In this document: piece after piece, positions 20,946-30,318 of the stretch
How positions within the stretch are numbered: position 1 is the stretch's first letter
Layout of the letters: each line of letters opens with the position of its first letter
Source of the DNA: Actinomycetota bacterium
Lineage (GTDB): Bacteria > Actinomycetota > Thermoleophilia > Gaiellales > Gaiellaceae
Assembly: GCA_020029615.1 (NCBI GenBank)
Contig: JAIBJO010000004.1
Span: 3,983 to 67,982 of the forward strand
DNA: 64,000 bases
Direction of reading: 5' to 3'
Notes under the pieces: model-generated
The model's database searches: none
The model's input: only the letters and a program-made list of their open reading frames with translations
What the model was told of the DNA's origin: nothing
Position numbers and translations under genes: made by a program

Positions 20946-20979
20946 TACGCTGATAGCGGGTGGTGGGATGGGGTGCCCC
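20946..20979 (+). repeat. 34-nt G-rich motif, copy 2 (TACGCTGATAGCGGGTGGTGGGATGGGGTGCCCC)
   Basis: Second copy of the 15087-15120 motif. Lies in the convergent spacer between the NUDIX gene and gatD. Confidence 0.85.
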
Positions 20980-20994
20980 TCCGGAAACTCGCTC

Positions 20995-21747
20995 CTAGCG
21001 CTGGCCGCCGCGCTTGCGGGCCCGCTCTGCGGCAACACGGAATGCCGATGCCTCGAGCCGATCGGCAAGAGGCTCGAGCGTGATCGGCTCGCCGTTGGAG
21101 GAGTGCGCCAGCGCCTGGGCGAGGAGCCAGTCGGCCAGCCAGGGGTTACGCGGCAGGAGCGGGCCGTGCAGATAGGTCCCGATGGCACGACCGACGCGAC
21201 ATCCCTCGAGCCCTGACTCCCCGTCGTTCCCGAACCCGAAGAGCACGCGCCCGAGCGGCGCTGCCCCGGGGTCGAGCAATGTCCGGCCGATGTGGTTCTC
21301 GAAACCGGCGAGCTCCCGCGTCTCTCCGTCCTCGAGCTCGCACTCGAGGAGCACGTCACCGATCATGCGCGCCGTCCCGGCGACGGTCTCGTGCGGGAAC
21401 AGCCCGACGCCGGGCATGACGGAGCCGTCGCGACCGCGATAGCTTCGTCCGAGGAGCTGATAGCCACCGCAGACCGCGAGCAGCGCCACACCGGACGCAT
21501 TGGCGGACTGAATGGCCTCGGCTCTCTCGACGAGGTCCGGCGCCACGAGCGCCTGCTCGCGGTCCTGGCCCCCGCCGACGTAGAGGAGGTCGAAGCCCGC
21601 GAGGTCGGGCTGCTCTCCGATCCCGATCGGGCGGACCTCGAGCGCATGGCCTCGCAGCGCGGCACGCCGTTCGAGCACGGCGATGTTGCCGCGATCGGCG
21701 TAGATGTTCAGGTACCCGGGATAGAGGTGCCCGACGCTGATCCTCAC
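20995..21747 (-). CDS. gatD: lipid II isoglutaminyl synthase, glutaminase subunit GatD (CobQ-type GATase)
   Basis: GTGA overlap with the murT stop. VRISVGHLYPGYLNIYADRGN and nucleophile motif AVCGGYQLLG. The track N-terminal 226 codons are an Arg-rich artefact across murT. Confidence 0.85.
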   Translation of the reverse strand: MRISVGHLYPGYLNIYADRGNIAVLERRAALRGHALEVRPIGIGEQPDLAGFDLLYVGGGQDREQALVAPDLVERAEAIQSANASGVALLAVCGGYQLLGRSYRGRDGSVMPGVGLFPHETVAGTARMIGDVLLECELEDGETRELAGFENHIGRTLLDPGAAPLGRVLFGFGNDGESGLEGCRVGRAIGTYLHGPLLPRNPWLADWLLAQALAHSSNGEPITLEPLADRLEASAFRVAAERARKRGGQR

Positions 21748-23114
21748 GGCCGTTCGCCCTCCCAGTACGGGCGCACGAGCCCGCGCGCAGCCAGAATCTC
21801 TCGGAGTGCGAGCATCGCCGTATAGGTGGGGAGGACGACGAGGTCGGTTCCGGCCTCGACGAGGGCGAGACCGTGGTCGAGCGCCCGCTCGAGGGACGGC
21901 TCGACCTCGAGCCGCTCCTCGGACAGGCCGCCGTACAGCAGCCGCAAGCCGAGCTCGGCCGCGCGCTCGCCGCTGACGATGACGTTCGCGACGTGCGGCA
22001 GGAGGGGCTCGAAGTCGACGTCCCAGATCCACGAGACGTCCTGCCCGTCTGCGATCGCGTCGTTGAGCGCCAGCACCAGGACGGGCGGCACACCGGTCTC
22101 GAGCGTTCGCAGCACCTCGTTCGCGCCCGCAGGGTTCTTGACGAGCAGGACGACCACCGTCCTCCCGCCCGTCGGAATCCGCTCGAACCGCCCGAATGCG
22201 GCGCTGAACGCCTCGAGACCTCCGCGGACGTCGTCCAACGTCGCGCCGAGCGCGAGCGACAGCGACGCGGCGGCGGTGGCGTTGTAGACGTTGTAGAGAC
22301 CGGGCAGAGAAAGCTCGACGTCCACTGCTCCGGTCGGCGATTCGATTCGAAAGCGCGACGCATGCAGGCCGCGGAGCTCGATGTCGCGCGCGGCCACGTC
22401 GAGCCGAGACCTCGCGTGCCCGCACGCCGGGCAGCTGTAGTCGCCGAGATGGCCGACGTAGGCTGCCTCGTACTCGTAGGGAGTCCCGCAGCGGATGCAG
22501 TACTTCGAGTCAGCCGCATGTTGGAGCGCCGGCCGCGCCTGGCGTGGGTCGTCCAGCCCGAACCTGAGCGCATGCACGCGGTCGTCCGCGAGGCTTCCGA
22601 CGATCGGGTCGTCCGCGTTGACGACGAGTGTCGTCTCCACCGGCAGCACGCTCACCGCAGCCCGCCAGCGCTCTGCGACGAGCTCGAGCTCCCCGTAGCG
22701 GTCGAGCTGATCCCTGAAGAGGTTCGACAGCGCCATGACACGCGGCCGCAACCGCGCCGTGGCCTCGGGGAGCGCGCCCTCGTCCACCTCGAAGAGGCCG
22801 AGCTCGGCGTGCCTTGCGGTCACGAGCTCAGATGCGAGCCCCGAGAGCAGGTTGGCGCCCGACTGATTCCACGCGAGACGAGCCCTGCTGCCGAGAATGC
22901 GTGCAGCCATGGCTGTCGTGGTCGTCTTCCCGTTCGTCGCCGACACGAGCGCCACGCCCTGAGGCAACCGTCTCGCTAGAGCATCGATGGCGCCCGGATC
23001 CAGCTTCCACAGCAACTTTCCCGGAAGCGTCGTGCCGCCACCACGCCCCGCGGCACGCGACAGCGCTCCCACTCCCCGCGCGACGAGCGCCTCGGTCTCG
23101 AGTCGAACGCCCAT
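21744..23114 (-). CDS. murT: lipid II isoglutaminyl synthase, Mur-ligase-like subunit MurT
   Basis: Mur ligase P-loop VSATNGKTTT, Cys4 ribbon CIRCG...CPACG, DUF1727-like C-terminus. Paired with gatD. Confidence 0.88.
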   Translation of the reverse strand: MGVRLETEALVARGVGALSRAAGRGGGTTLPGKLLWKLDPGAIDALARRLPQGVALVSATNGKTTTTAMAARILGSRARLAWNQSGANLLSGLASELVTARHAELGLFEVDEGALPEATARLRPRVMALSNLFRDQLDRYGELELVAERWRAAVSVLPVETTLVVNADDPIVGSLADDRVHALRFGLDDPRQARPALQHAADSKYCIRCGTPYEYEAAYVGHLGDYSCPACGHARSRLDVAARDIELRGLHASRFRIESPTGAVDVELSLPGLYNVYNATAAASLSLALGATLDDVRGGLEAFSAAFGRFERIPTGGRTVVVLLVKNPAGANEVLRTLETGVPPVLVLALNDAIADGQDVSWIWDVDFEPLLPHVANVIVSGERAAELGLRLLYGGLSEERLEVEPSLERALDHGLALVEAGTDLVVLPTYTAMLALREILAARGLVRPYWEGERP

Positions 23115-23201
23115 GTGCGGCGAGGGTACAGAGCGGGGAGGAGCGGCCCGCGCTCTACCGAGCTTGCAGATCTCTCAGAACGCTCTAAGCTACTTGCAGG
23201 C

Positions 23202-23897
23202 ATGCCCCGACAGCGCGCACGCAAGCGTGGCTCACTGCGCATCGACGAGGCGGAGCTCGCCGCCTTTCGCGCAGGGCTGCGTCGCCGTTACACGGACGCG
23301 GAGATCCTCGACGAGCTTCGCGCGGCCGCGGCGAGGCTCGGCCGCTCACCGACGATGCGCGAGTTCGCGCAGGATCCCGAAGCGCGCGTGCATCCGCAAA
23401 CCGTCATCGAGCACTTCGGAACGTGGAACTCGGCCAAGCGAGCCGCGGGCCTCTTCCCACGTCGCTTTCTCACCCGCGACGACCTGCTCGACCAGCTGCG
23501 CGCGCTCGGGGACGAGCTCGGGCGCACGCCGAGTGCGCGCGACCTCGCGGCTCGTCGACGCGCGCTGCCCTCGGCATCGCTCTATGCCCATACGTTCGGC
23601 TCGCTCGCGAATGCACTCCGGGAGGCGGGCTTCGAGGTGCTCCAGGGAGAGGAGCGGCTCGAACGAGCGATCGTTCAGGGCGCCGAGCTCGCACGGGTCA
23701 TCGGCCGGCTCCCCAAGATGGCCGACTGGGCGGCCGCGCGCCGCGACGACGGCGCGCTCCTGTCCGAGTGGCAGGTGTACCGCCTGATCGACGTATCCCG
23801 CGGCGCCTGGACCGCGTTCCAATTTCTCGTTCGGGAGCGCCTGCGAGACGAGGGCGTCGACGTCCGACCGGACGGCGCCCTACGCGGCAGCGGCTGA
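23202..23897 (+). CDS. protein made of three homing-endonuclease-associated-type repeats, no nuclease domain
   Basis: Three ~55-aa tandem repeats of pattern L..LR.....LGR.P..........FG.......AG. ATG 23202 preferred over 23115, which abuts the murT start. Confidence 0.55.
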   Translation: MPRQRARKRGSLRIDEAELAAFRAGLRRRYTDAEILDELRAAAARLGRSPTMREFAQDPEARVHPQTVIEHFGTWNSAKRAAGLFPRRFLTRDDLLDQLRALGDELGRTPSARDLAARRRALPSASLYAHTFGSLANALREAGFEVLQGEERLERAIVQGAELARVIGRLPKMADWAAARRDDGALLSEWQVYRLIDVSRGAWTAFQFLVRERLRDEGVDVRPDGALRGSG

Positions 23898-24680
23898 CGC
23901 GAGAGTCGCGAAGCGCTCGAGGCAGGACACGGCCTCGCGCGGAGCGCGGACCGGCGGTAGGTAGCCCTCTTCGCGATATCGACGATCGGGACGGAAGCGT
24001 CGCTGGCGGACGATCTCGCCCGCGTCCACGCACAGAAGGCGTCCCTCGCGCACCTGATGGAGGCGAAGGCGCGTCTGAAGCGCTGCTTCGACGATCCGGA
24101 GCGCACGCCGCGTCGACGCGAAGTAGAGCTCGTGCCGCGTCCGTGCGACCCACAGCGGCCGCAGGCGACCTCGCGCGAGATAGAGCGTCGCAGGGTCGCG
24201 TTCGTCCATCCACGCTGCGGCCATCGCGCCACGCAGCTGTGTGAGAGCCCTCGTGTCGTGGCGGTGATGCTCGACGAGCGCGAAGATCGCCTCGGAGTCC
24301 ACCGTCATCTGCGGCTCCTCGCGGTCGATCCCGTACCGGGCGAGAAGCGCGTCGTCGTTCTCGATGACCCCGTTGTGAACGCCTACGACTGCGCCGTGCC
24401 GGATCGGGTGGTTGTTCGCCGCGATCGCTGGATGGCCCTTGGTGTAGTCGCGTACGTGGATGAGCGCTTGCTGGGCGGAGGGAGGAATGACGATCTCTTC
24501 GAGGAGCGCGCTCGCCCCGCCGCGCAGCTTCGTCACGTCGACGGCCCCATCCTGTCCACGCCATGCGTATCCGACTGCGTCGGCGCCGCGCTCGGCAATT
24601 CCGGCAAGGAGTGCTTGCGCCGCGAGCGTTCGCTCGACGGGCGAGTCAGGACTGACGCTGTAACCGGCTATGCCGCACAT
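23880..24680 (-). CDS. stand-alone class II (Ntn) glutamine amidotransferase domain protein
   Basis: N-terminal MCGIAGY nucleophile, NNHP and HNGVIEN motifs as in GlmS/AsnB N-domains. No synthetase domain follows. 18-bp convergent overlap with the preceding gene. Confidence 0.7.
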   Translation of the reverse strand: MCGIAGYSVSPDSPVERTLAAQALLAGIAERGADAVGYAWRGQDGAVDVTKLRGGASALLEEIVIPPSAQQALIHVRDYTKGHPAIAANNHPIRHGAVVGVHNGVIENDDALLARYGIDREEPQMTVDSEAIFALVEHHRHDTRALTQLRGAMAAAWMDERDPATLYLARGRLRPLWVARTRHELYFASTRRALRIVEAALQTRLRLHQVREGRLLCVDAGEIVRQRRFRPDRRYREEGYLPPVRAPREAVSCLERFATLASAAAA

Positions 24681-24730
24681 GAACCGCTTCGACTCCCAGG
24701 CTCGGACGCCACTACCTACCGTAGACGACG

Positions 24731-25783
24731 GTGAGGAGGTCACTGTTTGTAAGGATCGTGTTGCACACCTCCGATCGGCTTCTCCCTCGAGCCGCCGATC
24801 CCTCGTCGGTGCTGTCATCCCTCAAGCGGGGCAACCTGTCGGTCGATACATCCGCCGTGGAAGGGAACGCGGCCGAGCATCTCTTCGATCCTGCGGACGA
24901 GGACGCGCAGGCCCCAGCCGACGAGCCGGCGTCGCGAGAGCGGCCCGACATGGCGGGGCCGAGCCCCGACGACCCGCTCAAGCTCTACGTCCGTCAGATC
25001 GGCGACGGGCGCCTGCTGACGCCTGCACAGGAGCGCGAGCTGGCACGGCGCAAGGACGCGGGTGACGAGGCCGCGAAGCGGAAGCTCATCGAGTCGAACC
25101 TGAGGCTCGTCATGTCCATCACGCGCAACTACACACGTGCCGACGTGCCTCTCCTCGACCTCATCCAGGAGGGCAACCTCGGGCTCATTCGCGCGGTGGA
25201 GAAGTTCGACTACACGATGGGGTTCAAGCTCTCCACCTATGCCACGTGGTGGATCAAGCAGTCGATCTCACGTGCGCTCGCGGAGCAGGGACGGACCATC
25301 CGGCTGCCGGTGCACGTAGCCGACCAGGTTCGCAAGGTCACGAAGACGCGGCGCCTGCTCGGTCAGAAGCTGAATCGCGACCCTTCCCTCGACGAGATCG
25401 CGACGGAGATCGGGATCACCCCGGAGCGCGTGCAGGACCTTCTCGACCTCGTGCTCGATCCGGTGAGCCTCGAGACTCCGATCGGGGACGGAGACTCGAG
25501 CGTGGCCGACCTGATCCCTGATCTCAACGCGCAGCAGCCGGAAGCGGAAACCGCCGACCGCGCGCGCTCGTCGGAGCTCCTCGATGCGCTCGCGAAGCTT
25601 CAGCCGCGCCAGCGCCGCGTGGTCATCGAGCGCTTCGGCCTCGACGGGGTTCGGCCGCGGACGCTCGAAGAGGTCGGCTCGAATCTCGGGATCACGCGCG
25701 AGCGTGTGCGTCAGCTCGAAGCGCGAGCCCTGCGCGAGCTCCGCGCGGTCGCACCCGGGCTCGAGCTCTACCTCCGTACCTGA
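24731..25783 (+). CDS. RNA polymerase sigma-70 family factor, group 2-like
   Basis: Regions 1.2-4: [60 protein letters not shown]. Start uncertain; ATG 24950 is an alternative. Confidence 0.85.
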   Translation: MRRSLFVRIVLHTSDRLLPRAADPSSVLSSLKRGNLSVDTSAVEGNAAEHLFDPADEDAQAPADEPASRERPDMAGPSPDDPLKLYVRQIGDGRLLTPAQERELARRKDAGDEAAKRKLIESNLRLVMSITRNYTRADVPLLDLIQEGNLGLIRAVEKFDYTMGFKLSTYATWWIKQSISRALAEQGRTIRLPVHVADQVRKVTKTRRLLGQKLNRDPSLDEIATEIGITPERVQDLLDLVLDPVSLETPIGDGDSSVADLIPDLNAQQPEAETADRARSSELLDALAKLQPRQRRVVIERFGLDGVRPRTLEEVGSNLGITRERVRQLEARALRELRAVAPGLELYLRT

Positions 25784-25799
25784 TCGCCGCGTACCCGAG

Positions 25800-27035
25800 C
25801 TAGATCGCGTCGACCGATTGCATCTCGCGCAGGCCCGCCAGCCGCCGCAGCGATTCGAGCTCGATCTGCCGCACACGCTCCCGGGTGAGGCCGAGTCGCC
25901 TCCCGATCTCCTCGAGCGTCTGAGGCTCGGCGCCCGTGAGCCCGTAGCGCATCACCACCACCTCCCGCTCGCGCTGGGGAAGGGCCGCGAGCGCCTGCCG
26001 CAGCGCCTCGCTGCGGAGATGAAGCTCGACCGCCTCCTCGGGAAGCGGCTCGTCGCCCGCGACGAAGTCTCCGAACACGGCGTCCTCGCCGTCGCCCACC
26101 GGTGCGTCGAGACTCGTGGACGCGCGCGCCGCGGCCCGCACTTCGAGCACCTGCTGCACGGTGAGAGACGCCTCGTCGGCGATCTCCTCGAGCGTCGGCT
26201 CGCGCCCGAGTTGCGTCCACAGGAGGCGATCGGCGCGATTGATCTTCTGGAGACGCTCGACGATGTGCACCGGCATGCGGATCGTTCGCGCCTTGTCGGC
26301 CAGTGCGCGTGCGACGGCCTGCCGGATCCACCACGTCGCATAGGTCGAGAACTTGAACCCGCGACGCCAGTCGAACTTCTCGACTGCTCGAATGAGCCCG
26401 AGCGTGCCTTCCTGGATGAGGTCGAGGAACGGAAGCCCCTGGTTGCGGTAGTTCTTCGCGATCGAGACGACGAGGCGGAGATTCGACTGGATCATCCGCT
26501 CCTTGGCCTCCATGTCGCCGCGCTCGATCCGCTTCGCGAGCTCGACCTCCTGGGCGGCAGTGAGCAGCTGGTGACGCCCGGCCTCCCGGAGGAAGAGCTG
26601 GAGCGCGTCGGTGGTCGTCTCGACCGGTGCAGTCAACGCGACGACCGTCTCGGAGTGGGGCGGCTGCTCGACGATCTCGATGCTTCGCTGATCGAGCTCG
26701 CGCAGGAGCACGTCCTGCTCGAGCTCGGTGAGCTCGTACGCCTCGGCGATCTCCGCGAGGTCGGACGCGCGGATGGTCCCGACCTGCTCGGACTGCTCCA
26801 GCAAGAGCCGGATGTCCTCGAAGCCGAGGATGTTGTCGATGTCGACTTGGGTCACGCGCGGCAGGGGGCGGAACGAACGCGGTAGGTAGCTGACACTCTC
26901 TCGCGTCTGCGCGCTCGTGTCTAGGGGGTAGCCGTCGAAATCCCTCGCCCTGGCCATGTCGGTCACCGCCCGATCGTCGCCGAGCGGCGAGTCGCCGAGG
27001 GCGGCGTCGTCTTCGACGTCTACGTGTTTCTGCAC
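25800..27035 (-). CDS. rpoD: RNA polymerase sigma factor, principal (RpoD/SigA)-like with acidic N-terminal region
   Basis: Region 1.1-like acidic N-terminus, then [53 protein letters not shown]. Confidence 0.85.
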   Translation of the reverse strand: MQKHVDVEDDAALGDSPLGDDRAVTDMARARDFDGYPLDTSAQTRESVSYLPRSFRPLPRVTQVDIDNILGFEDIRLLLEQSEQVGTIRASDLAEIAEAYELTELEQDVLLRELDQRSIEIVEQPPHSETVVALTAPVETTTDALQLFLREAGRHQLLTAAQEVELAKRIERGDMEAKERMIQSNLRLVVSIAKNYRNQGLPFLDLIQEGTLGLIRAVEKFDWRRGFKFSTYATWWIRQAVARALADKARTIRMPVHIVERLQKINRADRLLWTQLGREPTLEEIADEASLTVQQVLEVRAAARASTSLDAPVGDGEDAVFGDFVAGDEPLPEEAVELHLRSEALRQALAALPQREREVVVMRYGLTGAEPQTLEEIGRRLGLTRERVRQIELESLRRLAGLREMQSVDAI

Positions 27036-27142
27036 TGGGGAGTCCCGAGCGCCTATCTGGGTCTCAGCTGGCTGGCGCCGGTGAAGGAGCCGCAGTTAGC
27101 GGGGTGCGTGAAGCCCACCTTTCGAACGCACGATAACCCGTG

Positions 27143-27913
27143 TTATGTCAAGTCGACTGAAGTCGACGTGACCCTGAACGCCCTCCCGCACCGACCGCAC
27201 TCGAGCGGGGCTCCGATCTCGCCCGCGAGCTCTTTCCCGCAGTACGGGCAGAACGCGACGCCGGACCTCGCAGTGTCCATGACGTCGCGCACGACTCCAC
27301 GATCGATCCAGTGAAGGACAGGCACCGTCACCGCGAACGCGGCGAGGGCGATCAAGACGATCCCCATCCCCCTGAGATACCACTCGCTCGGATCGTCCCC
27401 TAGCCACGGTGCGACGCCGACGAGCACGGAGCCGAGAGCCAAGAGCGCGAGCGTGCTCCTCAGCGCCCACTCGTGACGCGGGGCGAGTCGGGAGAGCACC
27501 AGCAGGCTGGCGGCCGCACATCCAGCGGCCAGCACCAGGACGGATCCCATCGCTCTCCCCCAGGCGTCGCTGTCGGGCTCCGCCCAGATACCCGCGATCG
27601 CGAGCGCGAAACCGAGCGCGCCGAGCAGGGCGCCGGCAGGCGGAACAGGCCCCAGCAACCTCCGCTCCCACGCCGGCTCGCACGCCAGGGCGAGGAGCAC
27701 TGCCGCCGTCACGCAGAGCGAGGTCCCGAGGACCTTCCCCTGCGTCTCGCCGAAGTCCGGGGCCAGGAGCGCATAGATGCCGAGAGCCGCGTTCACCGCG
27801 ATCGACACGAAGAACGCCCCGAGCCCGAGCCGGCGCAGTCCGTGGCTCACCGGCCGGGAACCGGTCGGAGGGCCCTCTGCACTCCACCGATCGCGGTGAG
27901 CGACGACCGCCAT
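27143..27913 (-). CDS. hypothetical polytopic membrane protein with C-terminal zinc-ribbon
   Basis: ATG 27913 lies 7 nt after GAGGAGG. About 7 hydrophobic helices, then CPYCG-x13-CGRCG. Confidence 0.5.
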   Translation of the reverse strand: MAVVAHRDRWSAEGPPTGSRPVSHGLRRLGLGAFFVSIAVNAALGIYALLAPDFGETQGKVLGTSLCVTAAVLLALACEPAWERRLLGPVPPAGALLGALGFALAIAGIWAEPDSDAWGRAMGSVLVLAAGCAAASLLVLSRLAPRHEWALRSTLALLALGSVLVGVAPWLGDDPSEWYLRGMGIVLIALAAFAVTVPVLHWIDRGVVRDVMDTARSGVAFCPYCGKELAGEIGAPLECGRCGRAFRVTSTSVDLT

Positions 27914-27989
27914 TCGACACCTCCTCGTCAAGCGTGGCGCACCGGTGTCGGGCTGCCATCGGTGAAATCCCCGATGGCATGGCGTCCTG

Positions 27990-28913
27990 CTAGAAGGTCG
28001 CCTCTCGTACCCCGCTCACGATCGCAAGCAGCACGAGCGAGGCGACGACGAGTCGGTAGACGACGAACACCCCGTAGGTGTGGCTGCGGACGAAGCCGAG
28101 GAGCCAGTCGATCGCGAGCAAGCCGGCGCCCAGCGCAGCGAGCGTCCCGACGACGAACGGCCCCTGCCAGCCGTGTGGGAGATCGCCGAGGAGGACGTCC
28201 CCCACTCCTTTGAGCGCAACCGCCCCGAGCACCGTCGGAAGCAAGAGCAGGAAGGAGAACCGCGCGGCGCCGTCGCGGTCGAGCTTCATGAAGCGCCCGG
28301 CGGTGATCGTGATGCCCGAGCGCGAGACGCCGGGCGCGAGCGCGAGCGCCTGCGCCAACCCCATGACCACCGCCTGCCGGAGGCCGAGATCACCCATGGC
28401 TCGGCTCTGCGGGCTCCGGTCCGCCCACAGGAGCAGGAGCGCACCGCCGGCGAGGAGGACGAGGATCTGCCAAGGCTCGCCGAGGTTGTCTGCGATGAGG
28501 TCTTCGCCGAGCAGGCCCGCCAGCCCGGCCGGGATCGTGGCGACGAGGACGAACCAGGCGATCCGCTCGTCGGACGACTCAATCCGTCCGCGCCTTACGG
28601 ACGTGAACCACGCGCGGACGAGCCGAACGACGTCTGCCCAGAAGTACGCTCCTACCGCGACGAGCGTTCCCAGGTGAAGCGAGACGTCGAACGTCTGGTT
28701 GAAGCGGTCGTTCTCCTTCAGGTACGTCCAGTCAGCGCTCCAGGGGACGAGGATCAGGTGCCCGGACGACGAGATCGGGAGGAGCTCGGTGAGGCCCTGG
28801 ACGACGCCGAGGACGAACGCCTGCCCGTTCGTGAGCGCCGCCGGGTCGTCGCCGACGCCGAACAGCGTCAGGATCGCGGCGAGCCCGAGCGTTGCCCCCG
28901 CGACGCTGTACAC
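27990..28913 (-). CDS. uppP: undecaprenyl-diphosphate phosphatase
   Basis: BacA motifs VVQGLTELLPISSSGHL and APGVSRSGITI. Start uncertain; GTG 28913 chosen. Confidence 0.85.
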   Translation of the reverse strand: MYSVAGATLGLAAILTLFGVGDDPAALTNGQAFVLGVVQGLTELLPISSSGHLILVPWSADWTYLKENDRFNQTFDVSLHLGTLVAVGAYFWADVVRLVRAWFTSVRRGRIESSDERIAWFVLVATIPAGLAGLLGEDLIADNLGEPWQILVLLAGGALLLLWADRSPQSRAMGDLGLRQAVVMGLAQALALAPGVSRSGITITAGRFMKLDRDGAARFSFLLLLPTVLGAVALKGVGDVLLGDLPHGWQGPFVVGTLAALGAGLLAIDWLLGFVRSHTYGVFVVYRLVVASLVLLAIVSGVREATF

Positions 28914-29123
28914 GTGGGAGCGGCGCACGCCCGAGATCCTACGTTCAGCCACGCGCGGCGCAGCCGGGAAGAAAACGAGCGCAAATTGCGGCAATCCGGT
29001 GAACGCGGGCCTTGACCGCCTCGGCCGCGTCCAATAGCTTCCCCGATGCACCGAGCACGGAGCGCGACTAGGTCGAAGCGCAGCTCGTAGGCTCTACGCG
29101 GAAGCGGACGGTCAGCGGGCTGA

Positions 29124-29381
29124 GTGGACGAAAGCGCCACCGGCTCGGTGAATTTTTTTGGTCCGTTAGCATCGCTTTCGATGCACCTCCGGGCTCCGAG
29201 CGTCGACCAGGGTGTCCACGCGTTCGCTTGGTCGGTCGTCTTCTTCCTGTACATGTGGCTCGGTGCGCTCGCCATCGCAGTGCCCGGCGGAGTGGCGTTC
29301 GTCGTCTCGCTCGTGGCTGCCGGGGCGATCTTCCTTTTCGTGAGGACGCGCGGCGGCCCGAGCCGGCCGGGGCGACGCTAG
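29124..29381 (+). CDS. hypothetical small membrane protein
   Basis: Two hydrophobic helices (WSVVFFLYMWLGALAIAV, AFVVSLVAAGAIFLFV). No family recognised; ATG 29181 is an alternative start. Confidence 0.35.
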   Translation: MDESATGSVNFFGPLASLSMHLRAPSVDQGVHAFAWSVVFFLYMWLGALAIAVPGGVAFVVSLVAAGAIFLFVRTRGGPSRPGRR

Positions 29382-29390
29382 CCCGACTGA

Positions 29391-29585
29391 TCAGCCTCGA
29401 GCGTCGTCGCGATCGTCGCTCAGAGCGGAAACCAGGCGATCGGCGAAGTCGCGCCCGAGCGCTGCCTCGAGTCGATCGAGGGCCGGCGGCTTCGACACGT
29501 TGTCCTGTGCGGCGAAGGCGCTGACGTCTGCGAGCAAGCGCCTCGATCCGGCAGGCGCGACCGTAGTGAGGACGGCGGCACTCAT
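29391..29585 (-). CDS. hypothetical 64-aa protein
   Basis: ATG-initiated frame with a high-GC third position, downstream of the 201-aa hypothetical. No family recognised. Confidence 0.3.
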   Translation of the reverse strand: MSAAVLTTVAPAGSRRLLADVSAFAAQDNVSKPPALDRLEAALGRDFADRLVSALSDDRDDARG

Positions 29586-29658
29586 GCGACGAGCATCGGT
29601 CGACGAGCGCTCGACGCCGATCCCTGGCGGGAGGGAACCTCTCGCCCGAGCGGATCGA

Positions 29659-30264
29659 TCAAAGCTCGAGATCGAGTCTCCTCTCGTCGAACTGCGCCGA
29701 GTCGAGCTCGATCCGGAAGTCGGCGAGCGCGCGGAGCGCGTCACGCTCGAACACGTGCGGCACGACGCCGACATGGCCGTCATTGCGGAACGGGATGTCG
29801 ACGTGCTCGCGGGTCACGAGGTTCACGGACACCGATGAGCAGGCGGGGCACTGAACGGCCACTCCGAACGCGCTCCCACCAGGCGCGATAAGCGTGAAGG
29901 CGGACGGAGTGATCGGCCGTGGGCGACCCTCGAGGAAGCAGAAGAAGCTCCACGGCCACTCCCCCGCTCCGATGCGCCCCGCAGACAGGTCGACCAGCTC
30001 CCTCGCGATCGGATCGTCGTGTGCGGTCATGAGGTTCCTGAACGTGCGATCGGCCGTCGCCCCGAGGTGTGCCCAGTCGAGGTCGTCGTGGGCGATGAGT
30101 CCGGCATGCTCGTCGCCGCACCCGCACGCGAACTGGATTCGGTACACCGCCGGATGCGCTGCTCCGGGAAGGCGGTCGAGTGTGCGAAACGCCGACAGCG
30201 GCACCCGTGGTGGGCTTCCGTGTGGGCACGAGAAGGAGTAGGTGCTCGTCAGCGGGTCGTACAT
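29659..30264 (-). CDS. hypothetical Cys-containing protein (201 aa)
   Basis: Genome-typical codon usage. Cys clusters SCPHG, ACGCGDEH and CPAC suggest metal binding. No family recognised. Confidence 0.55.
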   Translation of the reverse strand: MYDPLTSTYSFSCPHGSPPRVPLSAFRTLDRLPGAAHPAVYRIQFACGCGDEHAGLIAHDDLDWAHLGATADRTFRNLMTAHDDPIARELVDLSAGRIGAGEWPWSFFCFLEGRPRPITPSAFTLIAPGGSAFGVAVQCPACSSVSVNLVTREHVDIPFRNDGHVGVVPHVFERDALRALADFRIELDSAQFDERRLDLEL

Positions 30265-30318
30265 GTTCTCGTTGTAATCGGCGGCTTGGACGCCGCGCTC
30301 GCTCCCTCGGTATGGAGG

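Noticed and set aside
24731-27035. One of the two sigma genes acting as the WhiG/FliA partner for the RsiG-like protein and the pilin promoter.
   Set aside because: Both have group 1/2 hallmarks (region 1.2, TIR(L/M)PVH, long region 3) rather than the compact group 3 architecture.
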